Part shown: positions 13,101 to 24,397 of the stretch, in pieces
How the letters are laid out: each line of letters opens with the position of its first letter
Numbering within the stretch: position 1 is the stretch's first letter
Assembly (NCBI GenBank): GCA_000934665.2
Contig: KZ538137.1
Span: forward strand, 62,001-126,000
Direction: 5' to 3'
From: Catajapyx aquilonaris
Taxonomy: Eukaryota
DNA: 64,000 nucleotides
The notes under the pieces: generated by a model
Told to the model about the DNA's origin: nothing
Database searches by the model: none
The model's input: the letters and a program-made list of their open reading frames with translations, nothing else
Made by a program: the position numbers and the translations under genes

Positions 13101-16100
13101 TACAATTATTGAATTGTCAACTAACTCAATTGACAGATATGCCACAATTTAATTTTTAATTTGTCATCAGCTGATCCTTACGAAAATTCTAGTGCCCAAC
13201 ATCACAGAAACCTTTTAGTATATAAGATAATGCCATTTCCAGACATTCCACTGGTCACACTGTCGCCTGAGCTCGCGTACAGTTTACATAATATTATTCC
13301 CAACACTAAGAACAGCACTCTGTATGCTTATACCCAAAGAAGTGTCTCCTGCAGCACATCCCTGCCTGCACTCAACGCAATCCCATTACAGCTCCTTGCA
13401 TCGTCCCCACGATCCAGCACGGCCGCGTCGAGGGACAGTTGCCCGGCTCTCAAGTGCAACACGAAGAGCACATCCTGGTCGAATGTGATCCTCAGCATGA
13501 GCTGGCCTACAACGCCTCGCCTGCCACATGCCACAATGGGACTTGGACACATATCCCTAGATGCGAACCAGGTACATGAACTGTCCGAAACAATACGCAT
13601 AGCAACTAACCATTTAGAGAGAGAAAAAAAAGGTATCTGTCAAAAACAAGGGTTGATTTTATTCAACTCAAGCCTCAGGTTTCGGGCGTCGGCGCCCACT
13701 TCATTAGCAGAGTTGGGACCTAATTAACATATCAGCGGAGAAACTTTTGCAGTTGACGGGACCTCGCCTCCGGCACAGAAAATGAGAGAAGGGATGGGTG
13801 AAGGGAATGGTATGGTGCACTCTTATCGGAAATTCCACCCGTAGTGGCTCAACAGACTATTAATATTGGTGTCTATTTGTTCCGTACTGTTCCCTCTCGA
13901 AAAAAGGACGAGGACCACAAATCGTTACAGGGGGGGTACGATGCAGTCGACTATTAATTATGCAGATTGCCAATTAAGTACACTCGACTGAGACCAAAAA
14001 CGAGTGGGTATGAATTCATTGGAATTCAGTCCAAAGTGTTCCAAATCAATTGGGGCATTGCCTAATTATTGGATATTCATAAATTTAAGAGGGACGTATA
14101 TAAGACCAGCGCAGAATTGAAAAGTAGTTGCAACCCAACGCTCTTGACACACTCTCGCATAGTGCCATTTGATTGGACGGAATGGGTCATTTTCCATGTG
14201 TTGGAAGCACTTGCAGCGGCCCCGGGCATCGCAGATTCCGCAAGCCACAATGCCCCAACTTTCCACACTATATTGCTGGGGCACACATTTTTGTGCGGTT
14301 AACTCCATTAAGTTAATGCGGTATATACCGACCGACTCGCATTCATTGCTGGAGCGCAAATAAAGGGTGGTAGGCCGCGAGCGCTCTTGTTTTTTCTGTC
14401 AGTTTGTTTTCCTTCAATTTAGTTGTTTCGGTGCATGAAAATGTACCATCACAGGCAGGTAAATGCACTCATCCAGTATTTTCCACAGCCAGGTGCAAGC
14501 AGCTGCCATTAGCACCCAAGCACGGGATGGTAATAGCACCCAAAAATGACCACGGTATGAAAGCAAAATTCAAGTGCAAAGATGGATTCGTTTTGTATGG
14601 CAACAATGTGACCGAGTGTCGGTACGGGAAGTGGATTGGACAAACCCCTGTATGCAAAGAAGGTATGTAACCTATCACAGTGATATAGATATATCACAAA
14701 TCAGCACTATTTCAGTGTACTGCCCATACCCCGGAACCATCGACAACGGCAAGGTGCTTCTGGTCGGCAGCATGGGTCTGTACGACTACAGGCCATATGT
14801 TCGTCGGATCGCCACCAACCGACAAATAATGTACGAGTGTGACAGGGGTTACGTCCTGACGCAGGGACCGCCCGGGGCTACCTGCCTCGGGGGACGATGG
14901 ACCCCGTTCGAACTACCCCGATGCATCCCGGCCATGCACCCCAGAATAGGTCAACGTTTCGCTCGATCAGCCGAAGATATACACAACGGTAAAACGAAGC
15001 GGCTTACCAGAAAAGGAAACATGGCCACCAAAAGAGGACGAAAAAAGGATAAGAAAAAAGGTATACAATTTTAAAGTCGAGATTGCGGTTCCGAGCCCTG
15101 CAGGTTAGTTTGCATTGCACCTTCGGAGTTGTGAAAATACGATGGCGTCAGCTGTGGAATCTTGAGCAACAGCAGCCGTTCCCTCAGGAGACTTCACTTC
15201 GCAAGCATCCCGCAAATGATTACTTTCCACTCCAACTGCCGACTAACTTCTGACAGCATAGTTTGCACTTTCGGTGCAATTAATTCAACGTGCATAAGTG
15301 GGCTTTCATGCGATGCAGCCGTAGCACTTTCATCCTGGCTGTACCGCAACCCACTGTACAAGAAACGCGCATTGGTTGCATGCATATTAGGATAACATCT
15401 TGTTCTCACAGCGTGCGAGGCGATACCGAAGGAGCCGTACATCTACGTGGATATAGTGAAGGCAGGTAGGGATCCGAACCAGACATACGCTGCTGGGGTC
15501 ATAGTCAGGGTGACCTGCTCACAAGGGTATGGCCTCAACATGCCCCTTAATTCAACCTCCAAGTGTGTCCGCGGCAAGTGGCGCCCGAAGAAGCCCCAGT
15601 GCATCACATGTAAGTATACTGTTGCCGTACCATGTCAACAATGCGCTAATTTGTTGGATGGGATGCAGTGCCATGTTTGGTGCCGGGGGTGGACCACAGT
15701 TGGTTCAAGCGAGCCGATGGTGTACCACTGTCGGCGGGGCATGAGGTAGCCCATGGGGAAGCGGCAGAGTTCGGGTGCGAATCGGGATACCAGGCATCCA
15801 ACACGCAGGGGACCACTGCAACCCTCAGGTGCTGGTACGGGGACTGGGCTGTCTCGCAGATGCCAGAGTGTCTCTCAGGTATATCGCAACAGTGTGGGTC
15901 AATACATTGATTATTAACAGTATAATGTTTCAGTTCCTTGTGAGTTGCCCCCACTGAACCGAGGTCAGTACATGAGTGGGTATCGGCCTGGACTGACCAT
16001 CGCCCATGGATCATCGGTGGACTACACTTGCGAGGAAGGTACCGGAAAGGCAACTGCTCAACCTCTTCGGTGCCGCTTAGGTCAGCTCCGTCCGAGACCA

Positions 16101-18995
16101 CCGGCCTGCGTCGAAGGCGGAGCGGAGTTTAAAGGTGGTTCGGACATAACACGAGGAGGAGACATTAGCGTCATCGACTTCCCGGCAGGTACAGGGTCAG
16201 GCTACCGCAGGGCATGCGGACCTCCTGCCAGGGTTCAAGGTTCCCTGGTGTTCAAGGATGGGGAGCCCCTGGAAGAGACTGACGGGAGGTTTCCAGATGG
16301 GACACACGTTACTTTCAATTGTGTGGCTAGCATCATGGGGGAGAAGACTACCTGGAGGATTGTCTGCGAGGATGGGAGCTGGGTTGGGCGATCACTCAAT
16401 TGTGGTACGTCATATTTCTGATACAGAGTAGGTGACGTATAAGGCATGGCATTTTTCAATAATTTTATTGCAAATTTTCTCCAAAACAAATAGTTCTGAC
16501 AACATGCCCAGGACAGAGACCTGTGCAGTAGGCTACAGTACTACAAGAATATTTTATGAAACACTGTTGTTTATTAATTTAAAAATACAGTACAGTGTAG
16601 CTTATACATTTTACTGGAAGAGCATGCTAAATACTTCTACCAGAACACCAGAGGAGGTTTTCTATTTTCAATATTGGTAGTCAACTTTTGAAACTGATCA
16701 ACTGTGAAACTCAATATTGACCATTACATGCTGTACTTTTCAGAAATGGACAACATGGCAGACCTGGATGGGACGGGTAATCAGTCATGTGTGTTTCGTA
16801 ATGCAGAGCCAAATGTGGTGGCCTTCTACAATGACCAGCAGATCACTGAGGATGTGGTGGAGTTCCCTGCAGGCACAGAACTTATCTTCCGATGCGTTGA
16901 CATTGGCAAGTATGCTCTGAATGGGAGCCGAAGGAGAAGATGTCATCGTGGGGAATGGGACGGCGTCAAGCCTGTCTGCTTTGGACTGAACCAGGAGAAT
17001 GACTATGCCTGTGAGTGTAGATCACTTCATGAAATTACTTTCGTAATAAATTACACAACACATTATATTTCTCTATTTCTCAGTGGAGAAACCTCCAACT
17101 ATCCTCTTCCGACATCAACTGGGTCCAATTGCCCAGAGCAATGATGGGAAACTGATTGTATACCCAGGTACCATTCTCCATATGGAGTGTTTGTGGATCC
17201 GCCGCTTTGGAGCTCCCCGCTGGGAGGTCAGTCACAGCTACCGAAAGTATCCCGAGACATGGAGTACTGATCCTGGTCGTGATCCTAACCTGGAGTACAG
17301 GCTTAGCATCTACCATGCCCAGAGAGATGACTCAGGCACCTTCACATGTGTCACACCCACACGGCATACCCACAGCATTGAGATTGAAGTCAAAGGTCAG
17401 AATAATACAAGAACAAGATTTTTGTGTACATGTTTCTTCTTCATAATTCCCAAGTGGGTTTTGGATTCTTTAAAAATTACATTACATGCTTAGACTTGCA
17501 CACCATATCTACCTGTCATGACATGTACTCGTATTTGAAGAAGGACTACAATGCCCTTAGTTGGAAAAGAATATCGTTTGACACCTTGAAAATACAAAGC
17601 TTATCTGAATTAATGTTCAAAAGTCAGTCCATCATTTAAAGCTTAAACCCTAGCATACTCTAATAGAATTTGAACTTTCGTTGACAGCCATCCACTGTCC
17701 GCCAATCCCAGATCGACGAGGCCTCCACGTGTCAACCCAAAGCACAAAAATGAATGCACGTGTTCTCTTTTCTTGCAACAATGGTAACAATCTCCTAGGT
17801 GCCCATGAAGCCACCTGCCTCCCTTCAGGCAACTGGAGTTCTCCAGCACCAGTGTGTGAGAGCATAGAATGCCCAGACATGTCCAACTTAACTGACCGCA
17901 ATGTGAAAGTATCCATCCTCAGCCGAGAGGTTGGAGGTCGGGCAGTGTTCAGCTGTTCCCTTTCTTATGGGCTAAGAGGGCCATCTGAAGCTATCTGCCA
18001 GCAGAGTGGAGAGTGGTCAGATCCACTCCCTAAATGTGAAGGTATAGTTGCTTTTACTGCTCTCTGTCTAGGGAGAAAAATGTGGCCTACTCTACATTAC
18101 AACAGTAGTTGCAGTTTTTAAACAAATCGCAATTCATCAATTCAATGTTACAGTCCCATTGCACCCCTTACCATTTGTTCACAACTTGTTGAATCACCTT
18201 AGTAATTAAAAATATTGTAGTGGTCATTATGACAACTGAATGTAGAATGAATGGATCAATTTAAATGAACTGTGAATGTTACCTAGGCAATTTTTCTTGT
18301 GAACAGAGGTAAGATGTGAGCCACCAACACCACCCGAGCATGGCTACTTGCTGGGATTTGGCATCTACAAGGCAGGGGACATTGTCCAGTTCCACTGCCA
18401 CACTGGGTACATGCTCGAGGGAAGACCCATCATCGTCTGCCAGGAGAACGGACGCTGGTCAAGACCTGCACCAAAATGTGAATTGCATGATCTGCTTATA
18501 ACCTGTATAGAATTCTCACATGCCAGTACATGAAATAGAAAATAATTGAAACCAGCTCAGGACATCTCAAAAATATTTTTTCAGTGTAATACGTTGCACT
18601 TACGCATCATGCATGTGTCAGAATGAAATGTCAAGAATTATTATCAAAATTTATGTAATAGTAATTACCCTCCTTGCTTTTCTTGAATGACTGTAATAAT
18701 TACCTATAGTGAACGTTTCGAAGCTTCATTTCATAATCACACTAGAGGGCATCTTACCAATGTTAAGTTACTCTCATTCACAACTCTTTTATTTAAAGGT
18801 GTCCAAGCTTGCACTTATCCAGGCACAACCATTGGGGGCTCCATTTCTCTGGTCAAGTTCTACTACAGCATTGGTGAAAATGTGACCTTTGAGTGCGCTG
18901 AGGGATTTGAAATACATGGTGCGCGCATGTTGAGGTGTCTGCGGAATGGGAAGTGGTCAAATGCAATCCCTAACTGTCTCACCCCCTCTACGTAA
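1114..18995 (+). CDS. LEV-9/Hasp-like secreted WAP + CCP (sushi) + Ig synaptic scaffold protein; 5' end lies upstream of the window
   Basis: Exons read by GT-AG signals and phase-1 junctions: 1114-1216 (WAP: CLRKCTSDEDCKSKKKKCLCDGACGLSC), 5452-5631, 6187-6378, 7050-7226, 8264-8437, [9957-10133 or 10560-10739], 13392-13571, 14489-14662, 14716-15060, 15412-15609, 15669-15878, 15934-16404, 16744-17010, 17084-17395 (Ig: MECLW...DSGTFTC), 17688-18041, 18307-18477, 18799-18995 (TAA). Repeated C-x-P...Y-x-C..G..L.G....C...G.W....P.C sushi pattern. AATAAA at 19332. Confidence 0.9.
9957..10133 (+). CDS. CCP5 exon variant A of the sushi gene
   Basis: ccgtag|AAATC...CTCG|gtaagt; 177 nt, phase 1-1; EINCGSPGLLYNGWLEGTKTTLHAVVTFRCLETMAFRGPSQRTVCQSDGTWSHPLPQCL. 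Confidence 0.9.
10560..10739 (+). CDS. CCP5 exon variant B of the sushi gene (tandem paralogue of 9957-10133)
   Basis: ccccag|AGATC...CTGG|gtatgg; 180 nt, phase 1-1; EINCGHPGILFNGWLENIESGTALGSSIIYRCYDGMKLVGHTSSVCQIDGKWRYPLPKCL. Missed by the ORF track in this frame. Confidence 0.88.
11194..11214 (+). CDS. candidate 21-nt microexon of the sushi gene (ESRGFIA)
   Basis: ~25-nt pyrimidine tract (tctctccctccattcctcctctccc) + tag, then 21 nt, then a consensus G|gtaagt donor; phase 1-1, no stop codon. Confidence 0.55.
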
Positions 18996-19684
18996 GAGGA
19001 AAATTTGTGGCATTACAAACAGATGCTGTACCCACATCCACATGTATTACATCAGCTTAGCAAGACTTCAGCGCACACATCTGCAATATTAAGGGAGAGA
19101 GACAGAAACAACGAAGGACTTCATCACGAAGGATGATCCCTGCTCGTTTTACTCTTGTGTTGCATTCTTTTTTCCACAATCTTGTTGCCCTCACCATTCA
19201 CATAGAGGTATATTTTGAACTGTTACAAGTTTGTTCCTCCTCTCTTTCAAGTTTCAGTGTTAAAACATCAAGCCCATACTAAATGTGTAGGTAAAATCAT
19301 TTCTATCAGAACTGAGGATCTGTTGTTCCAGAATAAAGCAATTCAAATAAATGTATAAGTTGGATGTATAATTAAATTAATTTTCAATCAAGTCTAGTGT
19401 ACATAACGCATATTACATACAACCTGCAATTTAAATGCTGGCAAATCACGTATTAACATTAAAATGTGCCGATCTGAACCTTTTTGGTCTGCAATTGTCC
19501 CAACTAAATAACTAGCAATCCATTCCCTTCAACCTTCCAAGATTAAATAAATACACAAAATAAAATTTGTGATGCCAAACAAAGCTCAAGTGCCTCATTC
19601 TTGCACCCCAATTGTATGGTTCTATTATTTTAAAATGTTCACATGTCATTTTTCATGAATATTGTTTAACATGACATGAAAATA

Positions 19685-21494
19685 TCACATGTCCAGGTCA
19701 ATTCCAACCTTAGATAGACATTCAGTAATCCACTTTGGCACTTCCTTATCTTTATACATTCGTGCCATAAAGTCACACACAAACTCTGGAAAGCTCCCTT
19801 TCTTTATGCTGTCTCTAATAGCTTTCATGAGGCGCATCTGAAACACAAAACAAAAGTGAGATAGCTTCAACCTTAAATGTCACATACGCTTAAATATTTT
19901 ACAGCAACATACCTGATAACGAACATTGTGAACAGAAAGCAAATGACATGAAACTGTCTCCACTGTTGCTATGCTGTTTAGGTAAGCCCTCGTATGCCTC
20001 TTGCAAGTGGAGCAGTCGCAATTTGGATCAATTGGACGAAAGTCCATTGCAAATGCTTTTTGTTTCAGGTTCATTTGGCCTCCATCAACAAGTGCACATC
20101 CAAATCTCTGAAACAGCACACTTTATGTTCAGTTTAGCCATGGAAAAACCAGATTGCAGAATTGCTGTAATTTGTTGGCAATCATTTACGACACATTATT
20201 AGGTGCTTTACCACGCTTATTCTTTTCACAAATGGCCCATTTGGGTACAGTGTACCTCAGTTCCAGCAAATTTATTTTTGGGTCACTTGAGTTACTGTAC
20301 AATCATTAATACAAGTACCACTACAAAATTAGAACTGTATCGTATGTAACACATTTCTTATTACTATATTCTCTTTTTCCGGTTCCATTAGGGTTTAAAT
20401 TTATTTGCAAGAGCCACCAAATTGTGAAAAACATAAAAATACACACCGCAGTCCTAGTTGGAAATACACAATCAAACATGTCAACTCCCAGGGCACAGCA
20501 AACAACCAGATCCTCAGCAAACCCCACTCCCATAAGGTATCGAGGCTTATCTTTTGGAAGAATTCCAGTGGAGAGGTAAACCATCTTCCAGAAGTCATCC
20601 TTGGCCTCTCCACCACTCAAACCACCAATGGCATACCCTCGGACCTCTCTAGAAGACAACTGTTTGGCTGATTCTACCCTCAGGATGGGGTCCAGTCCAC
20701 CTTGGACGATGGGAAACAGGGCCTGAGACTCAGGTCTCCCATGGGCCTTGAGGCAGCGGTCGACCCAACGAGTTGTTCTGAAACCAAAAATAACTGAGGT
20801 TTCAATCTGTCTTCATATGGTAGGTTTGCATGTGTGATAACAAAAAATTTACCTATGCATTGCCTCTTCAACTCGTGGACCAGTGACAGTGGATGAAACC
20901 ACATCATCCAGTTGCATGATAATATCAGCACCAATCGAATTCTGAATTTCAATGGACTTTTCTGGGCTCAACATGCATTCAGTTTCATCATATGGCGACT
21001 TGAATTTAACTCCTTCCTCCGTCACCTCTGACAGTGATGACAGCGATACCATCTGGAACCCTCCTGAATCAGTCAGCAGCGCTCTTTTCCAGTTCATAAA
21101 GTTGTGCAGCCCCCCCGCTTTCTCTAGCAGTTCAGGACCCTAGGAATGAATCAATTTGTAATGAACTGTAACTGACTGGCGACATATACTCACAGGGCGT
21201 GTTCCCATATGGTAAGTGTTGGCTAGCATTATGTGGCAGTCTGTATTCTCAACTTGTTCGGGCAACAATCCTTTTAAAGTCCCCTGAAAACCGAATGCCG
21301 TTACCATATGCTTCTTACAGTTAGTAGGAATAGTAACTGACCTGAGTCCCGACCGGCATGAATACAGGTGTATCCACACTCGCATGTGGCAGTGTCATCA
21401 CCCCGCACCTGGCTCTGGTCACAGAGCATTCCGCCAGTACTTTGAAGGCAAGCGACTTAGCCGGTGCAGGACACGCCGCTCCCGCTGCCGCCAT
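19685..21494 (-). CDS. QTRT1: queuine tRNA-ribosyltransferase catalytic subunit
   Basis: Exons 21494-21342, 21283-21194, 21139-20853, 20777-20447, 20107-19913, 19837-19685. TGT motifs [78 protein letters not shown], and zinc ligands CxCxxC...H. Confidence 0.96.
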
Positions 21495-21815
21495 ACTTCC
21501 TTTACACGACACCACTATGCATTCATGCTCCTATTGGCCCCGCCAGTTCCAGCCAATCCACATCTACCTAAACCTATCCTGCTTGCCCACAGTAAAGGTT
21601 GTTTCTGTCCAGTGCCATCTACCGGACAGTCCTGGAAGTAGATGCTATCATTGCTCGATTGCTGTACTCGCTGTGTAGTGTTGGTCCTTGGTTTCCAGTG
21701 GCCACTTTGTTTGTCCGGCAGTGTCTTGTGCGGGGTGATGTAGCGGCAGAAGGGTGCGGTACATCGGTGCAAGGCAGAGAGAGGAGACGAGCGTGGCTGG
21801 CTAGTCCACGAGTTA
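21495..21815. promoter_or_regulatory. bidirectional promoter QTRT1/DOLPP1 with a CTCF-like motif at 21611-21625
   Basis: Divergent start codons only ~320 bp apart; minus strand CCGGTAGATGGCACT. Confidence 0.7.
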
Positions 21816-24397
21816 ATGTCGAGGGGGGACTCGGATGCGGTACCAAAGGCAGACCGCATCATTGGGATGGAGGACCAGCAGCAACCGGAGTGGTTGCCAC
21901 TCGCAGTCTCGTATGTTGAGTACCCAGGAGGTATGTGGCACAATCCGTTAGTGTTCGGGATAAAATATTGATGGTGACCAGGAATGCCGAAGCGGTCGTG
22001 CCGTCACTCATGGGACGTATTGTAATCCCTTTCAGGTGACTACGTGGGGAAGGCACTAGCCTTTGCAAGCCTCCTACCTCTGGCCATCATCACTGGATTC
22101 ATCACCCTCATACTCTTCAGGAGAGATCTGCACACGGTGATTTATCCGCACTTATATCCTTCTCATCACCTGCCGTGAACATTGCCACAGTTGCCATCTG
22201 TCAAATGCCGCTTTTGGTAGTGAAAGCTCCAAAAAATGTTTCTTTCATTATTCAGGGAGCGGGTTAACTCTTTTGTGTGTTATAATTAGAAGACGGGCTG
22301 TAAGTTCTGTAGTGGGTTATGATGACTTTCTGGTGGACAGAACGGCTAGAACCATGTATGAAAATGAAAAATTTGCAATGTCGAGTAAGCCATTGCAGGA
22401 AAGAATAATCTCAGCTTACACAAATGGCACCATTTATGGCACCATTTATTGTTCGAGCAGGAAAATGTATTGCACGGTTCATTATTGGTTATGTATAGAT
22501 GACTCTGCTAAAAGGCCCGTCAATAAAATTATGGTTTGTTTCTTAATATAGCTGTAAGTCATCTAGATTTACTATGCAACATGACTCAGAAAATGTGAAG
22601 TCTTCATAAACTTTTTTTGTTCATTTGCAGATAGCCTTCTTTATTGGCACAATAAGCAATGAGCTTGTGAATCTGGTCCTGAAGAACATCATTTGTGAAG
22701 CAAGACCTTTATTGCGCAAGAGTGGCCTCTACACTGAGTATGGCATGCCCTCTTCCCATTCCCAGTTTATGTGGTTCTTTACCACATACGTGACGTGCTT
22801 CGTTTGCGTCAGGTATGAGCACACCTTCCCTTGCAAAAAGGGGAGGTTTAAAGAAGGATGCTATTATCTAATTTCTGCAAGGTCATCTCTTTTTTATGTG
22901 TACTTGGCAGCAGTAGAAAAAAAAACTTGATTTTCAACCTTGCCCTAACTCTTATATTTGTTTGACTCTGCAGGTTACATCACATGAATAACAATTCCCT
23001 TCCACAAAACTTATGGAAGGTGGCAATAATTTCAACGTGCTTGGTGGCAGCTGGTGTTGTCACCATCTCAAGGTAAGTTATTACAATAATTAATTGCGTA
23101 ATATTGCATACGATGGTGTAACTCTTAAATGAATGGTAGAAATAGAGAAAATTGCACGAGCCACACACCTGACAAATAAATTGCAAATGTTCTCCATGTA
23201 GAGTACACAAGTTTTGCTTGTACTCCTTTACTTGGAACCTTACTTGGAACTTTCTGGTGTTGCTTTGCTAACTGTAAAGCTACAAAGATAATATTTTCTT
23301 AAACCTACATAATTATACACATTATGCCATATTTTAAAATAATACTCGTTATGATCGTTTTAAATAATATGATAATTATTTCATTCTGGGTGTGCTCAGA
23401 AAACTTGAATTTAAGAGAACATAATAATTAGACTTGGCAGTAATTATTACAAAATCCCAACTTGACAATTGCATGTTTCTATGGACTACACTCCAATTTA
23501 CAGAAGTCTGAACCTTTTTGGATATCTATGCGCCTGAGGGGTCGGTGAGCTGCTGCAAAAGTAGTCCCCGGTATCTCTGGCTTTCTCGAAGAAACAGTGC
23601 TGGTACACATGTAATTCGACTGCCTAATTATCATGGGCACCCCCTGCCGCAGCTGCAGCACTACACAAACTGCATGTTTTGTTGTGAGGAGCGGTAGGGC
23701 CCAGCATGTGGGGCACTACTTTCGGGCTTATGGATATCCAAAAAGGTTCAGACTTATGTAAATCGGAGTGTAGCATTAGAAGAATGCCTGTGCAGTGAAA
23801 AAGATAACTGCCTAGGACTATTCCTGCTGACTTCTTCACAACACAGGCATACTTGTAGCTCCCAACTAGTAATTCAGGTCCATAAAAATGTAGTTAATGT
23901 AACAGTGCCATGTGATATGGACTATACAGTATTAGAGATGGTATGTATCATGTTGCATTCTTGGATTCATGGAAATAAGTTCATAAAGTAAGAGCAACTT
24001 GAGTCAGGAACTTTATTCAGTATAAATGTTTTAACATGTTGGTCATTTCTTGTAGGGTGTACCTGTTGTACCACACATGGGCGCAAGTTTTATGTGGATG
24101 CATCCTAGGAATAGTCTATGGACTCATTTGGTTTGCTGTCATTCAGTTTGTGCTGACTCCTCTTTTTCCTCACATTGTTTCCTGGTGAGCAATTTTTAAT
24201 ATACCTATTTCCTGAGGTCTGCAGATTGACTCCTTACCCTTACTGGCACATTTTACTATGTTAACAGGCCTGTCAGCGAATTCCTGATGATCCGCGACAC
24301 AACTCTGATCCCTAATGTGTTGTGGTTTGAGTACACCAATAGCCGTCAAGAGGCAAGGGCTCGTGGCCGCAAGCTGGTGTCCATGAAGTCCCAATGA
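21816..24397 (+). CDS. DOLPP1: dolichyldiphosphatase 1 (PAP2 family)
   Basis: Exons 21816 (or in-frame ATG 21867)-21930, 22036-22136, 22631-22812, 22974-23072, 24056-24184, 24268-24397. Motifs [66 protein letters not shown]. Confidence 0.93.
23489..23770. mobile_element. Tc1/mariner-type MITE in a DOLPP1 intron
   Basis: TA|CACTCCAATTTACAGAAGTCTGAACCTTTTTGGATATC ... GATATCCAAAAAGGTTCAGACTTATGTAAATCGGAGTG|TA. Confidence 0.8.

Noticed and set aside
13355..13391. Alternative upstream acceptor (ctcctgcag) for the CCP6 exon
   Set aside because: Adds 37 nt and shifts the frame
13161..13727. 188-aa ORF overlapping the CCP6 exon
   Set aside because: Different frame from the sushi exon 13392-13571; no recognisable motif; likely a shadow ORF
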